Assembly (NCBI GenBank): GCA_046566225.1
Contig: JBKHXC010000522.1
Coordinates: 1 to 34,390, forward strand
Reading direction: 5' to 3'
Origin: Acidimicrobiia bacterium
GTDB lineage: Bacteria > Actinomycetota > Acidimicrobiia > Acidimicrobiales > GCA-2861595
DNA: 34,390 nt
Shown here: in pieces, positions 27,701 through 34,390 of the stretch
How the letters are laid out: every line of letters starts with the position of its first letter
How positions within the stretch are numbered: position 1 is the first letter of the stretch
Translations under genes and position numbers: made by a program
Notes under the pieces: generated by a model
The model's input: only the letters and a program-made list of their open reading frames with translations
Database searches by the model: none
What the model was told of the DNA's origin: nothing

Positions 27701-29608
27701 TCAGGTCTCGATGGTGATGATCTTCTTCATCCACACGAAGCCGGCCACGCCCATCACGAGGGCGCCGACGACCATCAGCTTGCCGGTCGTGCGGTGGAAC
27801 AGCGGGTCGAGGTAGTCGGGGTTCAGGACGTAGACGGCCAGCCCGATGGCGAGGGGCAGGATGCCCAGCACGACGGCGCTGATCCGGCCCTCGGCAGTCA
27901 GGGTGCGGATCTCCCGCCGGAGGCGCTCGCGGGCGACCATGGTCTCGCTCACCGTCTGGAGCAGCTCGGCCAGGTTGCCGCCGACCTCGCGCTGGATGGC
28001 GATGGCCATGACCGCCCAGTCGTAGTCGGCCGAGCCGATGCGGCGGGCCGAGTCGGCGAAGGCCAGCTCCAGCGGGCGCCCCAGCCGGGCCTCGCCCAGC
28101 ACCCGGCGCAGCTCCTTGCCCATGGGGTCGTCGACCTGCTCGGTGACGGCCTCGGCTCCCTGGAGGAGCGAGTAGCCGGCCCGCAGCGTGCTGGCCAGGA
28201 GCTGGAGCATGTCCGGCAGCTGGGCGGTGAAGGCCCGCTTGCGCCGGCCGGCAAGGGAGTTCAGGACGGCCAGGGGGACGAGGGCGAGGAAGAACACGGT
28301 CACGAAGGCGCCGAAGACGCCGCCGAGGAGCAGGCCGACGACGCCGCCGATGACGACGCCCACGACGTAGAAGAACAGCGCCTCCGCCGGCCGGACCGGC
28401 AGGTCGGCCTGCTCGAGCTTGGCCTCCACCGCGTCGAGGACGCCCCGGGCGCTGGCCAGCCGGCCGGTGGCGTCCACGGCCCGGCGGAGGAACGCCGTCT
28501 GGGCCAGCTCCAGGTCGGCGGGCTGGTCGGGCGAGCCGGGGATGGGCCCGTAGGCCCGGAGCGTCTCGTCGAGGCCGGCCCGCTCCCGCCGGGCGAGGGC
28601 CACGACGCCGAGCACGGCCAGGGCGGCGGCGGCGAAGGCGACGACGACGATGAGGGCGACCCCGAAGGGGCTGCCGATGAACCTGGAGTACCCGGACGGC
28701 CTGATCACCGCCGGCGACGTGGCCGTGCCCTCGGCCACCGCCCCGGCGTTGATGGGCCCGGCGGTGGCGATGGCGCCGGCCGCCGCCAGGCTGATCTCGA
28801 CGGGCCCGGTGGCGCTGGAGGTGTAGCTGATCTCGTACTGGTTCTGGATGGCCGCCTGCACGTTGGCGTACAGGGCGGCGAGCTGCGACGAGTCGGTGGT
28901 CTCGACGTACTGGCCCCCGGTGGACGCCGCCAGCCGGGCGAGGGGGGCGGACTCGAACCCCTCGCCGGGCAGGCCGACGGAGAACACCACCGCCTTGGCC
29001 GCCAGGACGGAGGCCTCCGCCGTGTCGACGCCGTTCTGCGACGAGGTGTCGGCGCCGTCGGAGAGCACCACGATGTTGGCCTGGAGGTCGGGGCGGTCGG
29101 TGAGCAGGGTGGATGCGACCCGGACGCCGTCGAACAGCGCCGTCTCCCCGGCCGCCTCCAGGCCGTCGATGGCGCCGGCCAGCACCGAGGCGTCGGCGGT
29201 GAAGCCGGTGACCACCCGTGGCTGGTCGGCGAAGGCCACCACCGCCACCTCGGCGTTGGGCGACTTCTGCTGCACGAACTGGCGGGCGGCCGCCTTGGCC
29301 TGCTCCATCCGGTTCTGGGACCGCATGGACCCCGAGGTGTCGACGACCAGGACGATGCCGATCGCCGTGTCGGTCTCGCCGATGGGGATGACCTCGAGGT
29401 TGCCGGGGGGTACGATCCTGCCGTTCTCCCGGAGGGCGAACTCGTCCAGGCCCGGCCGCTCGCCCTGCACCAGGGCGGAGATGGTGATGGTGGGGAACTG
29501 GCTGGAGTCCACCTTGCGGATGACGACGGCGTCGGCCGCCCCCGCGCCGGGCGCCCCGACGACGGCGCACGCCGCCGCCAGGACCACGGCGGCGAGGAGC
29601 CGCCTCAT
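27701..29608 (-). CDS. tadB: Fusion of a signal peptide and extracytoplasmic von Willebrand A domain to the Tad platform protein TadB (T2SS F family)
   Basis: Tail of track ORF 27701..30328. 635 aa from ATG 29608, which overlaps the tadA stop (ATGA). Signal peptide MRRLLAAVVLAAACAVVGAPGAGA. vWA domain with MIDAS DTSGS (29327-29341), GETAL and VLSDGADT. TM helix around residues 315-339. T2SSF block LPDMLQLLASTLRAGYSLLQGAEAV...WAVMAIAIQREVGGNLAELL. Confidence 0.88.
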   Translation of the reverse strand: MRRLLAAVVLAAACAVVGAPGAGAADAVVIRKVDSSQFPTITISALVQGERPGLDEFALRENGRIVPPGNLEVIPIGETDTAIGIVLVVDTSGSMRSQNRMEQAKAAARQFVQQKSPNAEVAVVAFADQPRVVTGFTADASVLAGAIDGLEAAGETALFDGVRVASTLLTDRPDLQANIVVLSDGADTSSQNGVDTAEASVLAAKAVVFSVGLPGEGFESAPLARLAASTGGQYVETTDSSQLAALYANVQAAIQNQYEISYTSSATGPVEISLAAAGAIATAGPINAGAVAEGTATSPAVIRPSGYSRFIGSPFGVALIVVVAFAAAALAVLGVVALARRERAGLDETLRAYGPIPGSPDQPADLELAQTAFLRRAVDATGRLASARGVLDAVEAKLEQADLPVRPAEALFFYVVGVVIGGVVGLLLGGVFGAFVTVFFLALVPLAVLNSLAGRRKRAFTAQLPDMLQLLASTLRAGYSLLQGAEAVTEQVDDPMGKELRRVLGEARLGRPLELAFADSARRIGSADYDWAVMAIAIQREVGGNLAELLQTVSETMVARERLRREIRTLTAEGRISAVVLGILPLAIGLAVYVLNPDYLDPLFHRTTGKLMVVGALVMGVAGFVWMKKIITIET

Positions 29609-30954
29609 CGAAGGCCCACGCCCCGCCGGTCCATGCCGTGGTTGACGAACAGGCCGGCGGCGAGGTCGATGCCGATGTCGTGGAGGCGCTCGGCGAACTT
29701 GGGGCGGATGCCGGTGGGCTTGAGCTTCCCCAGGAAGCGCCCGGTGGGGTCCACGCCCATGCTCCAGTCGAACAGGAACACGTCCTGCATGATGATGACG
29801 TCGCCCTCCATGCCCTGGATCTCGGTGACGTGGGTGACCCGGCGGGTGCCGTCCCGCAGGCGGGTGAGGTGGACCACCAGGTCGAGGGCCGACGCCATCT
29901 GCTCGCGGATGGCCCGGATGGGCAGGTCGAAGCCGGCCATGAGGGTCATGGTCTCGATGCGGGCCAGGGCGTCGCGGGGGCTGTTGGCGTGGATGGTGGT
30001 GAGCGAGCCGTCGTGGCCGGTGTTCATGGCCTGGAGCATGTCGAGGGCCTCGCCCGAGCGGCACTCCCCCACCACGATGCGGTCGGGGCGCATGCGCAGG
30101 GAGTTGCGGACCAGGTCGCGGATGGTGACCTCGCCCCGGCCCTCGATGTTGGGCGGCCTCGACTCCATGGACAGCACGTGCTCCTGGCGGAGCTGGAGCT
30201 CCTTGGCGTCCTCCACCGTGACGATGCGCTCGTCGGCGGGGATGAAGCCGGAAAGCACGTTGAGCAGGGTGGTCTTGCCGGTGCCGGTGCCGCCGGAGAC
30301 GACGACGTTGAGGCGGCCCTTCACGCACGCCTCCAGGAAGCGGGCGACGTCCTGGTCCAGCGTGCCCAGCTCGACGAGGTCGTTGACCATCAGGGGGTCC
30401 TTGGAGAACTTCCGGACGGTGAGGAAGGGCCCCCCGATGGCGAGGGGGTGGACCACGGCGTTGACGCGGGACCCGTCGGGGAGGCGGGCGTCCACCATGG
30501 AGGTGGACTCGTCCACCCGCCGGCCGACCTGGCTGACGATCTTGTCGATGATGCGGCGCAGGTGGGGGACGTCCACGAAGCTGACGGGGACCTTGTGGAT
30601 CTTGCCCAGGCGCTCGACGAAGATGTCCGAGGGGCCGTTGACCATGACCTCGGTGACGGCCGGGTCCTTCAGGTAGCGGTCGATGGGGCCGTAGCCGATG
30701 ACGTCGTCGGTGACGTCGCGGATGAGCGCCTCGGTGTCGGACAGCGACATGGGGACGGGCTCGGCGGCCAGGGCGGAGCGCAGCTCCTCCTCCACCCGGC
30801 GGCGCAGCTCCAGCTCGCTCATGTGGCCGTCGGAGAGCACCGGGCCCAGCGTCTCGATGAGCTGGTGGTGGACCTTGAGGCGGAGGTCGTCGAGGGCGGC
30901 GTCGCGGCGCAGCGGGGTGGCCTGGGACTCCTGGAGTCGCTTGTAGAGGGACAC
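29605..30954 (-). CDS. tadA: Tad pilus secretion ATPase TadA/CpaF
   Basis: Track ORF of 449 aa. Walker A SGGTGTGKTT, Walker B RIVVGECRSGEA, His box GHDGSLTTIHAN. Start GTG 30954, with SD GGAGG 7 nt upstream. Confidence 0.96.
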   Translation of the reverse strand: MSLYKRLQESQATPLRRDAALDDLRLKVHHQLIETLGPVLSDGHMSELELRRRVEEELRSALAAEPVPMSLSDTEALIRDVTDDVIGYGPIDRYLKDPAVTEVMVNGPSDIFVERLGKIHKVPVSFVDVPHLRRIIDKIVSQVGRRVDESTSMVDARLPDGSRVNAVVHPLAIGGPFLTVRKFSKDPLMVNDLVELGTLDQDVARFLEACVKGRLNVVVSGGTGTGKTTLLNVLSGFIPADERIVTVEDAKELQLRQEHVLSMESRPPNIEGRGEVTIRDLVRNSLRMRPDRIVVGECRSGEALDMLQAMNTGHDGSLTTIHANSPRDALARIETMTLMAGFDLPIRAIREQMASALDLVVHLTRLRDGTRRVTHVTEIQGMEGDVIIMQDVFLFDWSMGVDPTGRFLGKLKPTGIRPKFAERLHDIGIDLAAGLFVNHGMDRRGVGLR

Positions 30955-30958
30955 GCGG

Positions 30959-32143
30959 CTACCTCCGGCGTGACTTGTCGAGGGCCGGGGTCAGCACCTC
31001 GGAGAACGCGGTCATGGTGCGGGCGAAACCGGAGCGGGGCGAGGCGAGGACGGCCGGGATGCCCTTGTTGACCGACTGGGGGACGATGATGTCGCTGGGC
31101 AGCAGGGCCTCGGCCCGCAGGTGGAGGGTCTTCTCCACCTCGCCGACGTCGAGGCCCACCTTGGCGTTGGCCCGGTTGAGCACCAGGCGCAGCTTGCTCT
31201 GCGGCGTGCCCAGCAGCTTGAGGGTCTGGAGCCCGATCTTCATGTTCTTGATGCTGGGCACGTCCATGCCGGCCACCAGCACGAGGTCGTCGCTCTCCTC
31301 GATGAGGTGGAGGGCGACGTCGCTGAACTGGGTGGGGGTGTCCACCACCACGTGGCTGCAGAAGCTGCGCAGCAGCTCGACGATGGTGTGCATGTCGGCC
31401 GGCGTCACCTGGTCGCCGAACGCCGGCTCCCGGGGCGCCGGCAGCACCAGGACGCCGTTGGGCCCGGTGGAGAGCAGGCTGCGCATGAGGCTGGCGTCCA
31501 GCCGGTGCATGGCCGACACGGCGTCGACGATGGTGTGGTGGGGGGCCAGCTTGAGCATGACGGCCACGTCGCCGAACTGGAGGTCGGCGTCCACCAGGGC
31601 CACCGGGTGGTCGCTGCGCTCGGCCAGCAGGACGGCCAGGTTGCAGGCGACCACCGACTTGCCCGAGCCGCCCTCGGGCGAGAACACGGTGATGACCCGC
31701 CCGTGCAGCCCGTCGTCGGCCGGGCGGGGGGGCGGCACGGCCAGCAGCCGGGAGGCGAGCTGCTCGGCCGCCCGCTCGATGGCGGCCTCCAGGTCGCTGG
31801 GGTCGGAGTCGAAGGCGACCACGTCGCTCACGCCCGCCCGCATGGCCCGCTGGAGCAGCGAGGTGGTCAGCTCCTCGGCCACCAGCACGGCCGACAGCGA
31901 CGGCTGGGTGTGCACGAGCCGCAGGGCCTCCTCCAGGCGGGCCTGGTCGGCGAACTCGGGCCCGAGCACGACCACGGTCAGTGCGCTCCCCGGGCCCCCG
32001 ACCTCGATCTCGCCCAGGGCGCGCAACAGCTCGACGTTGGCCCGGTCCTCCATGACCCGGCGCAACCGGGTCTGGAGGGCGGGCTCCAGGCCCACGGCGG
32101 CCACCCGGAGGCGGGGACCGGTGACGGGTTCCACGGTGGTCAC
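30959..32143 (-). CDS. tadZ: TadZ/CpaE-type pilus assembly ATPase-like protein (receiver-like N-domain plus ParA/MinD-like domain)
   Basis: Track ORF of 394 aa. ITVFSPEGGSGKSVVACNLAVLLA (deviant Walker A), VALVDADLQFGDVAVML, VVVDTP. Start GTG 32143, with SD GAGGGGA. Confidence 0.88.
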   Translation of the reverse strand: MTTVEPVTGPRLRVAAVGLEPALQTRLRRVMEDRANVELLRALGEIEVGGPGSALTVVVLGPEFADQARLEEALRLVHTQPSLSAVLVAEELTTSLLQRAMRAGVSDVVAFDSDPSDLEAAIERAAEQLASRLLAVPPPRPADDGLHGRVITVFSPEGGSGKSVVACNLAVLLAERSDHPVALVDADLQFGDVAVMLKLAPHHTIVDAVSAMHRLDASLMRSLLSTGPNGVLVLPAPREPAFGDQVTPADMHTIVELLRSFCSHVVVDTPTQFSDVALHLIEESDDLVLVAGMDVPSIKNMKIGLQTLKLLGTPQSKLRLVLNRANAKVGLDVGEVEKTLHLRAEALLPSDIIVPQSVNKGIPAVLASPRSGFARTMTAFSEVLTPALDKSRRR

Positions 32144-32153
32144 GGTCCCCTCG

Positions 32154-32879
32154 CTACGGGTACGGGGTGAGCTCGGCCGGGAACAGGTTGTCCGGGTCCA
32201 CGGGGGGCACCGGCGCCGCCGGGTTGTCGGGCGGCACCAGGGTGAGGTAGAGGCTGCCGGCGGCCACGATCCGGGCCGCGGCGATGGGCGGCACGGCGAA
32301 GGTGATCAGGTTGCTGCCCGGGTTCACCGCCGCCTGGGTCTCCCCCGACTGGGGAGCGGCCGACGAGCCGATGGCCAGGATGTTCACGTTCTGGTACAGG
32401 TACCGCCGGGCGCCCGCCGGGTCGCTCACAAGGAGGTTCACTCTATCACCGGGGACCAGCAGGCCGGCCACGCCCTCCACCTGTCCCACCGACACGGTGA
32501 CGGCCACCTGGCCCAGCGGGATGCGCTGGGAGAAGCTCACCTGGGCCACGACGGGGTCGACGAACATCCCGTCCACCACCACCTGGCCCACCGAGAGGTT
32601 GGAGAGCGCCACCTTGCCGCGGATGGTGGCGGTGTCGGTGATGGCCGTCCCGGGGCGGAACTCCCGGGGGATCTCGTCGGAGCGGATGCGCTCCTCCTGG
32701 AGCGCCTGCTCGCCGGGCACCCCCTTCTCGATGTCCTGGGCGACCACGAACACCCGCACCCGCTCGGCGTTGTCGTAGGCCCGGTCCTGCACCGAGCTCA
32801 GGTAGGCATAGTTCGCGAAGGCGGCGATGGCCGCCACCACCACCGCCCCTGCCACGATCAGCGTCCGCTTGGCACCCAC
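32154..32879 (-). CDS. cpaB: Flp pilus assembly protein CpaB/RcpC (N-terminal TM anchor, SAF-like domain)
   Basis: Tail of track ORF 32154..33464. 241 aa from GTG 32879: VGAKRTLIVAGAVVVAAIAAFANYAYL, then VFVVAQDIEKGVPGE...IRGKVALSNLSVGQVV...LLVPGDRVNLL, typical of CpaB. Confidence 0.85.
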   Translation of the reverse strand: MGAKRTLIVAGAVVVAAIAAFANYAYLSSVQDRAYDNAERVRVFVVAQDIEKGVPGEQALQEERIRSDEIPREFRPGTAITDTATIRGKVALSNLSVGQVVVDGMFVDPVVAQVSFSQRIPLGQVAVTVSVGQVEGVAGLLVPGDRVNLLVSDPAGARRYLYQNVNILAIGSSAAPQSGETQAAVNPGSNLITFAVPPIAAARIVAAGSLYLTLVPPDNPAAPVPPVDPDNLFPAELTPYP

Positions 32880-32935
32880 TCGGCAACCCCAATCCCGTCG
32901 ACGACGACGACCCCCGCCAGCACTCCCATGTATCG

Positions 32936-32975
32936 ACAACCCCCCGGCGAAAACAACCACTTTCTGCGAACAACC
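32936..32975. repeat. Three direct ACAACC repeats at exact 17-nt spacing in the cpaB/tadE divergent control region
   Basis: gACAACC at 32936, aACAACC at 32953 and aACAACC at 32970, in a stretch that is locally lower in GC and non-coding. Confidence 0.35.
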
Positions 32976-32980
32976 GCTCC

Positions 32981-32996
32981 GGATCCCCCGGGATCC
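32981..32996. promoter_or_regulatory. Dyad GGATCC-CCCG-GGATCC (candidate operator) in the divergent control region
   Basis: Two self-complementary hexamers 10 nt apart centre to centre, about 35 nt upstream of a TANNNT hexamer (TACCCT, 33031-33036) that precedes tadE. Confidence 0.3.
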
Positions 32997-33074
32997 CGCC
33001 GATTGCATCCGAGAAGGGCGCGGGACACAGTACCCTTGGTGGCGGTCGTTGCAGGCGGGGGCGGAGGTCGAGCG

Positions 33075-33662
33075 GTGACAAGGCGGTTCCGGCGGAGGGT
33101 GGAGCGGGGGGAGCGGGGTGCAGCGCTCGTCGAGTTCGCGCTGATACTGCCGTTGTTCCTGACCCTCGTGCTCGGGATGTTCTCCGGAGGTCTGGCCTAC
33201 AGCCGGAAGATCACGCTGACGAACGCCGCCCGTGAAGGGGCGCGTTATGGAGCGACGCTCGCGCCAAGCACCGTCCTCCCGCCGTCGGCGACGTGCTGCG
33301 GCATCGACTACTGGGTCACCAAGGTTGCCGATGCGGTCGAACAGAACGCCGAGGGAGATCTCGACGCCGGCGTGGACGGTCGGGAGATCTGCGTTGCGTA
33401 CGTCTACCCTGCCGCCGATGCCAACCCTTCGAACGTCGACGCCATCCACCGTGAGAAGAGCCACATGGTTGTGCGGACAACTTCCGACACTACGTCGTTC
33501 GGGCCCACAGCCCGCTGCATCGCAAACGACGGACTGGGAACGAACGACAGGCGGGTGCAGGTCACTGTTCAGCGCGGATCTGAGATCCAGCTTCTGTTCG
33601 TCAGCTACGACGTCACGCTGACCGCTCAGTCGGTAACCCGTTTCGAGGCGACGTCGTTCTGA
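33075..33662 (+). CDS. tadE: TadE-like pseudopilin (TadE/TadG N-terminal domain)
   Basis: Tail of track ORF 30975..33662. GTG 33075 with SD GGAGG 7 nt upstream: VTRRFRRRVERGERG/AALVEFALILPLFLTLVLG has the Flp-like G/xxxxEF processing site. 195 aa. Confidence 0.85.
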   Translation: MTRRFRRRVERGERGAALVEFALILPLFLTLVLGMFSGGLAYSRKITLTNAAREGARYGATLAPSTVLPPSATCCGIDYWVTKVADAVEQNAEGDLDAGVDGREICVAYVYPAADANPSNVDAIHREKSHMVVRTTSDTTSFGPTARCIANDGLGTNDRRVQVTVQRGSEIQLLFVSYDVTLTAQSVTRFEATSF

Positions 33663-34390
33663 TGTCCTCGCCTAGACGCAAGCGAGGCGAGGATGGCATC
33701 TTCCTGTCGCTCTTTGCCCTCGTCCTTCTCGCGCTGCTCACGATGGTGGCGATCGTGCTCGACTTGAGCGCCCTTCGCGCCGACCGCCGTAACAACCGGG
33801 CCGCGGCCGACGCGGCGGCAAGTGCGGGCGCGAATGCGGTGGCCACGAGTGCCGTCGCGGCATGCGACGAGGCATGGGAATACGCACTCGCGAACCTCGG
33901 CCTCGACTTGGCAACGAACCCGACCCCGTGCGGGTCGTTCCCCCCTTGCGACCCCTTGGCACCCGTTACGGAATCGGTCACTACGGCCGCAGGTCGCTAC
34001 TCGATCACGATCGTTCACCCGGTCGTGTCCGGAGACGCCCTCGGCGACGAGTTGCTGCGCGCAAGCGCCGTTGGCCCGGACATTGCGCAGCCGGAGGACG
34101 CCACCGCTGACGGGTCCGCATGCCAGCGAGTTGGCGTTCGCATCAGCAACAACCGCGAGTCCATCTTTGCGCGCGTCATAGGGCACCGCTCACACACGCC
34201 GCGTGGGCACAGCGTCGCCCGCCGTCTCCTCGAGGACACCGGCCTTCCGCTTAGTCTCGTCGTACTTGAGCCCACACGCTGCCCCGCCATCTCCTCGAGC
34301 GGTACCGGTAGCATCGAGGTCACCGGCACTGGACCAGCACTAGTCGGTGGCATCCTTGTTGTGTCAGACGGAACGTCGGGCTGTAGCCCC
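33662..34390 (+). CDS. tadG: TadG-like pilus assembly protein, partial (runs off the right edge)
   Basis: Not in the ORF track. My own translation from ATG 33662, which overlaps the tadE stop (TGATG): MSSPRRKRGEDGIFLSLFALVLLALLTMVAIVLDLSALRADRRNNRAAADAAASAGANAV... This is the typical TadG N-terminal motif. Open for all 243 codons to the window end. Confidence 0.75.
   Translation, partial: MSSPRRKRGEDGIFLSLFALVLLALLTMVAIVLDLSALRADRRNNRAAADAAASAGANAVATSAVAACDEAWEYALANLGLDLATNPTPCGSFPPCDPLAPVTESVTTAAGRYSITIVHPVVSGDALGDELLRASAVGPDIAQPEDATADGSACQRVGVRISNNRESIFARVIGHRSHTPRGHSVARRLLEDTGLPLSLVVLEPTRCPAISSSGTGSIEVTGTGPALVGGILVVSDGTSGCSP

Overview
The window is very GC-rich (third codon positions are almost always G/C) and gene-dense. 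It most likely comes from a monoderm, Actinomycetota-like genome. I recognise about 30 protein genes and no rRNA, tRNA, CRISPR array or mobile element.

- **Left third (1-7901):** a cell-surface glycan cluster. It holds two class I methyltransferases, a HAD hydrolase, a translationally coupled CMP-KDO supply operon (kdsD-kdsB-kdsA), a GT2 glycosyltransferase and a WbaP-type initiating phosphoglycosyltransferase.
- **Middle (7925-20599):** uvrA and uvrB sit among more glycan genes. These are a GT2-methyltransferase fusion that looks like a polyprenyl-phosphate-sugar synthase, and three large polytopic GT-C/YfhO-like membrane proteins, two of which are paralogues. A small SnoaL-like gene is also present.
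- **Right third (20733-34390):**
  - a GAF histidine kinase and NarL-type response regulator, translationally coupled to an unknown polytopic membrane protein;
  - a Tad/Flp pilus locus with three tandem flp pilin genes, each with the same bipartite upstream motif;
  - a tightly packed minus-strand operon: cpaB-tadZ-tadA-tadB-tadC plus a second unknown polytopic membrane protein. Here tadB carries an N-terminal secreted von Willebrand A domain;
  - divergent tadE-like and tadG-like pseudopilin genes. The tadG-like gene runs off the right edge and is missing from the ORF track.

Many long ORF-track entries are antisense or out-of-frame artefacts of the GC content. Several real genes are only the C-terminal part of a longer track ORF. 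All family calls come from motif recognition by eye; no searches were run. Start codons are my best choice and several are uncertain.
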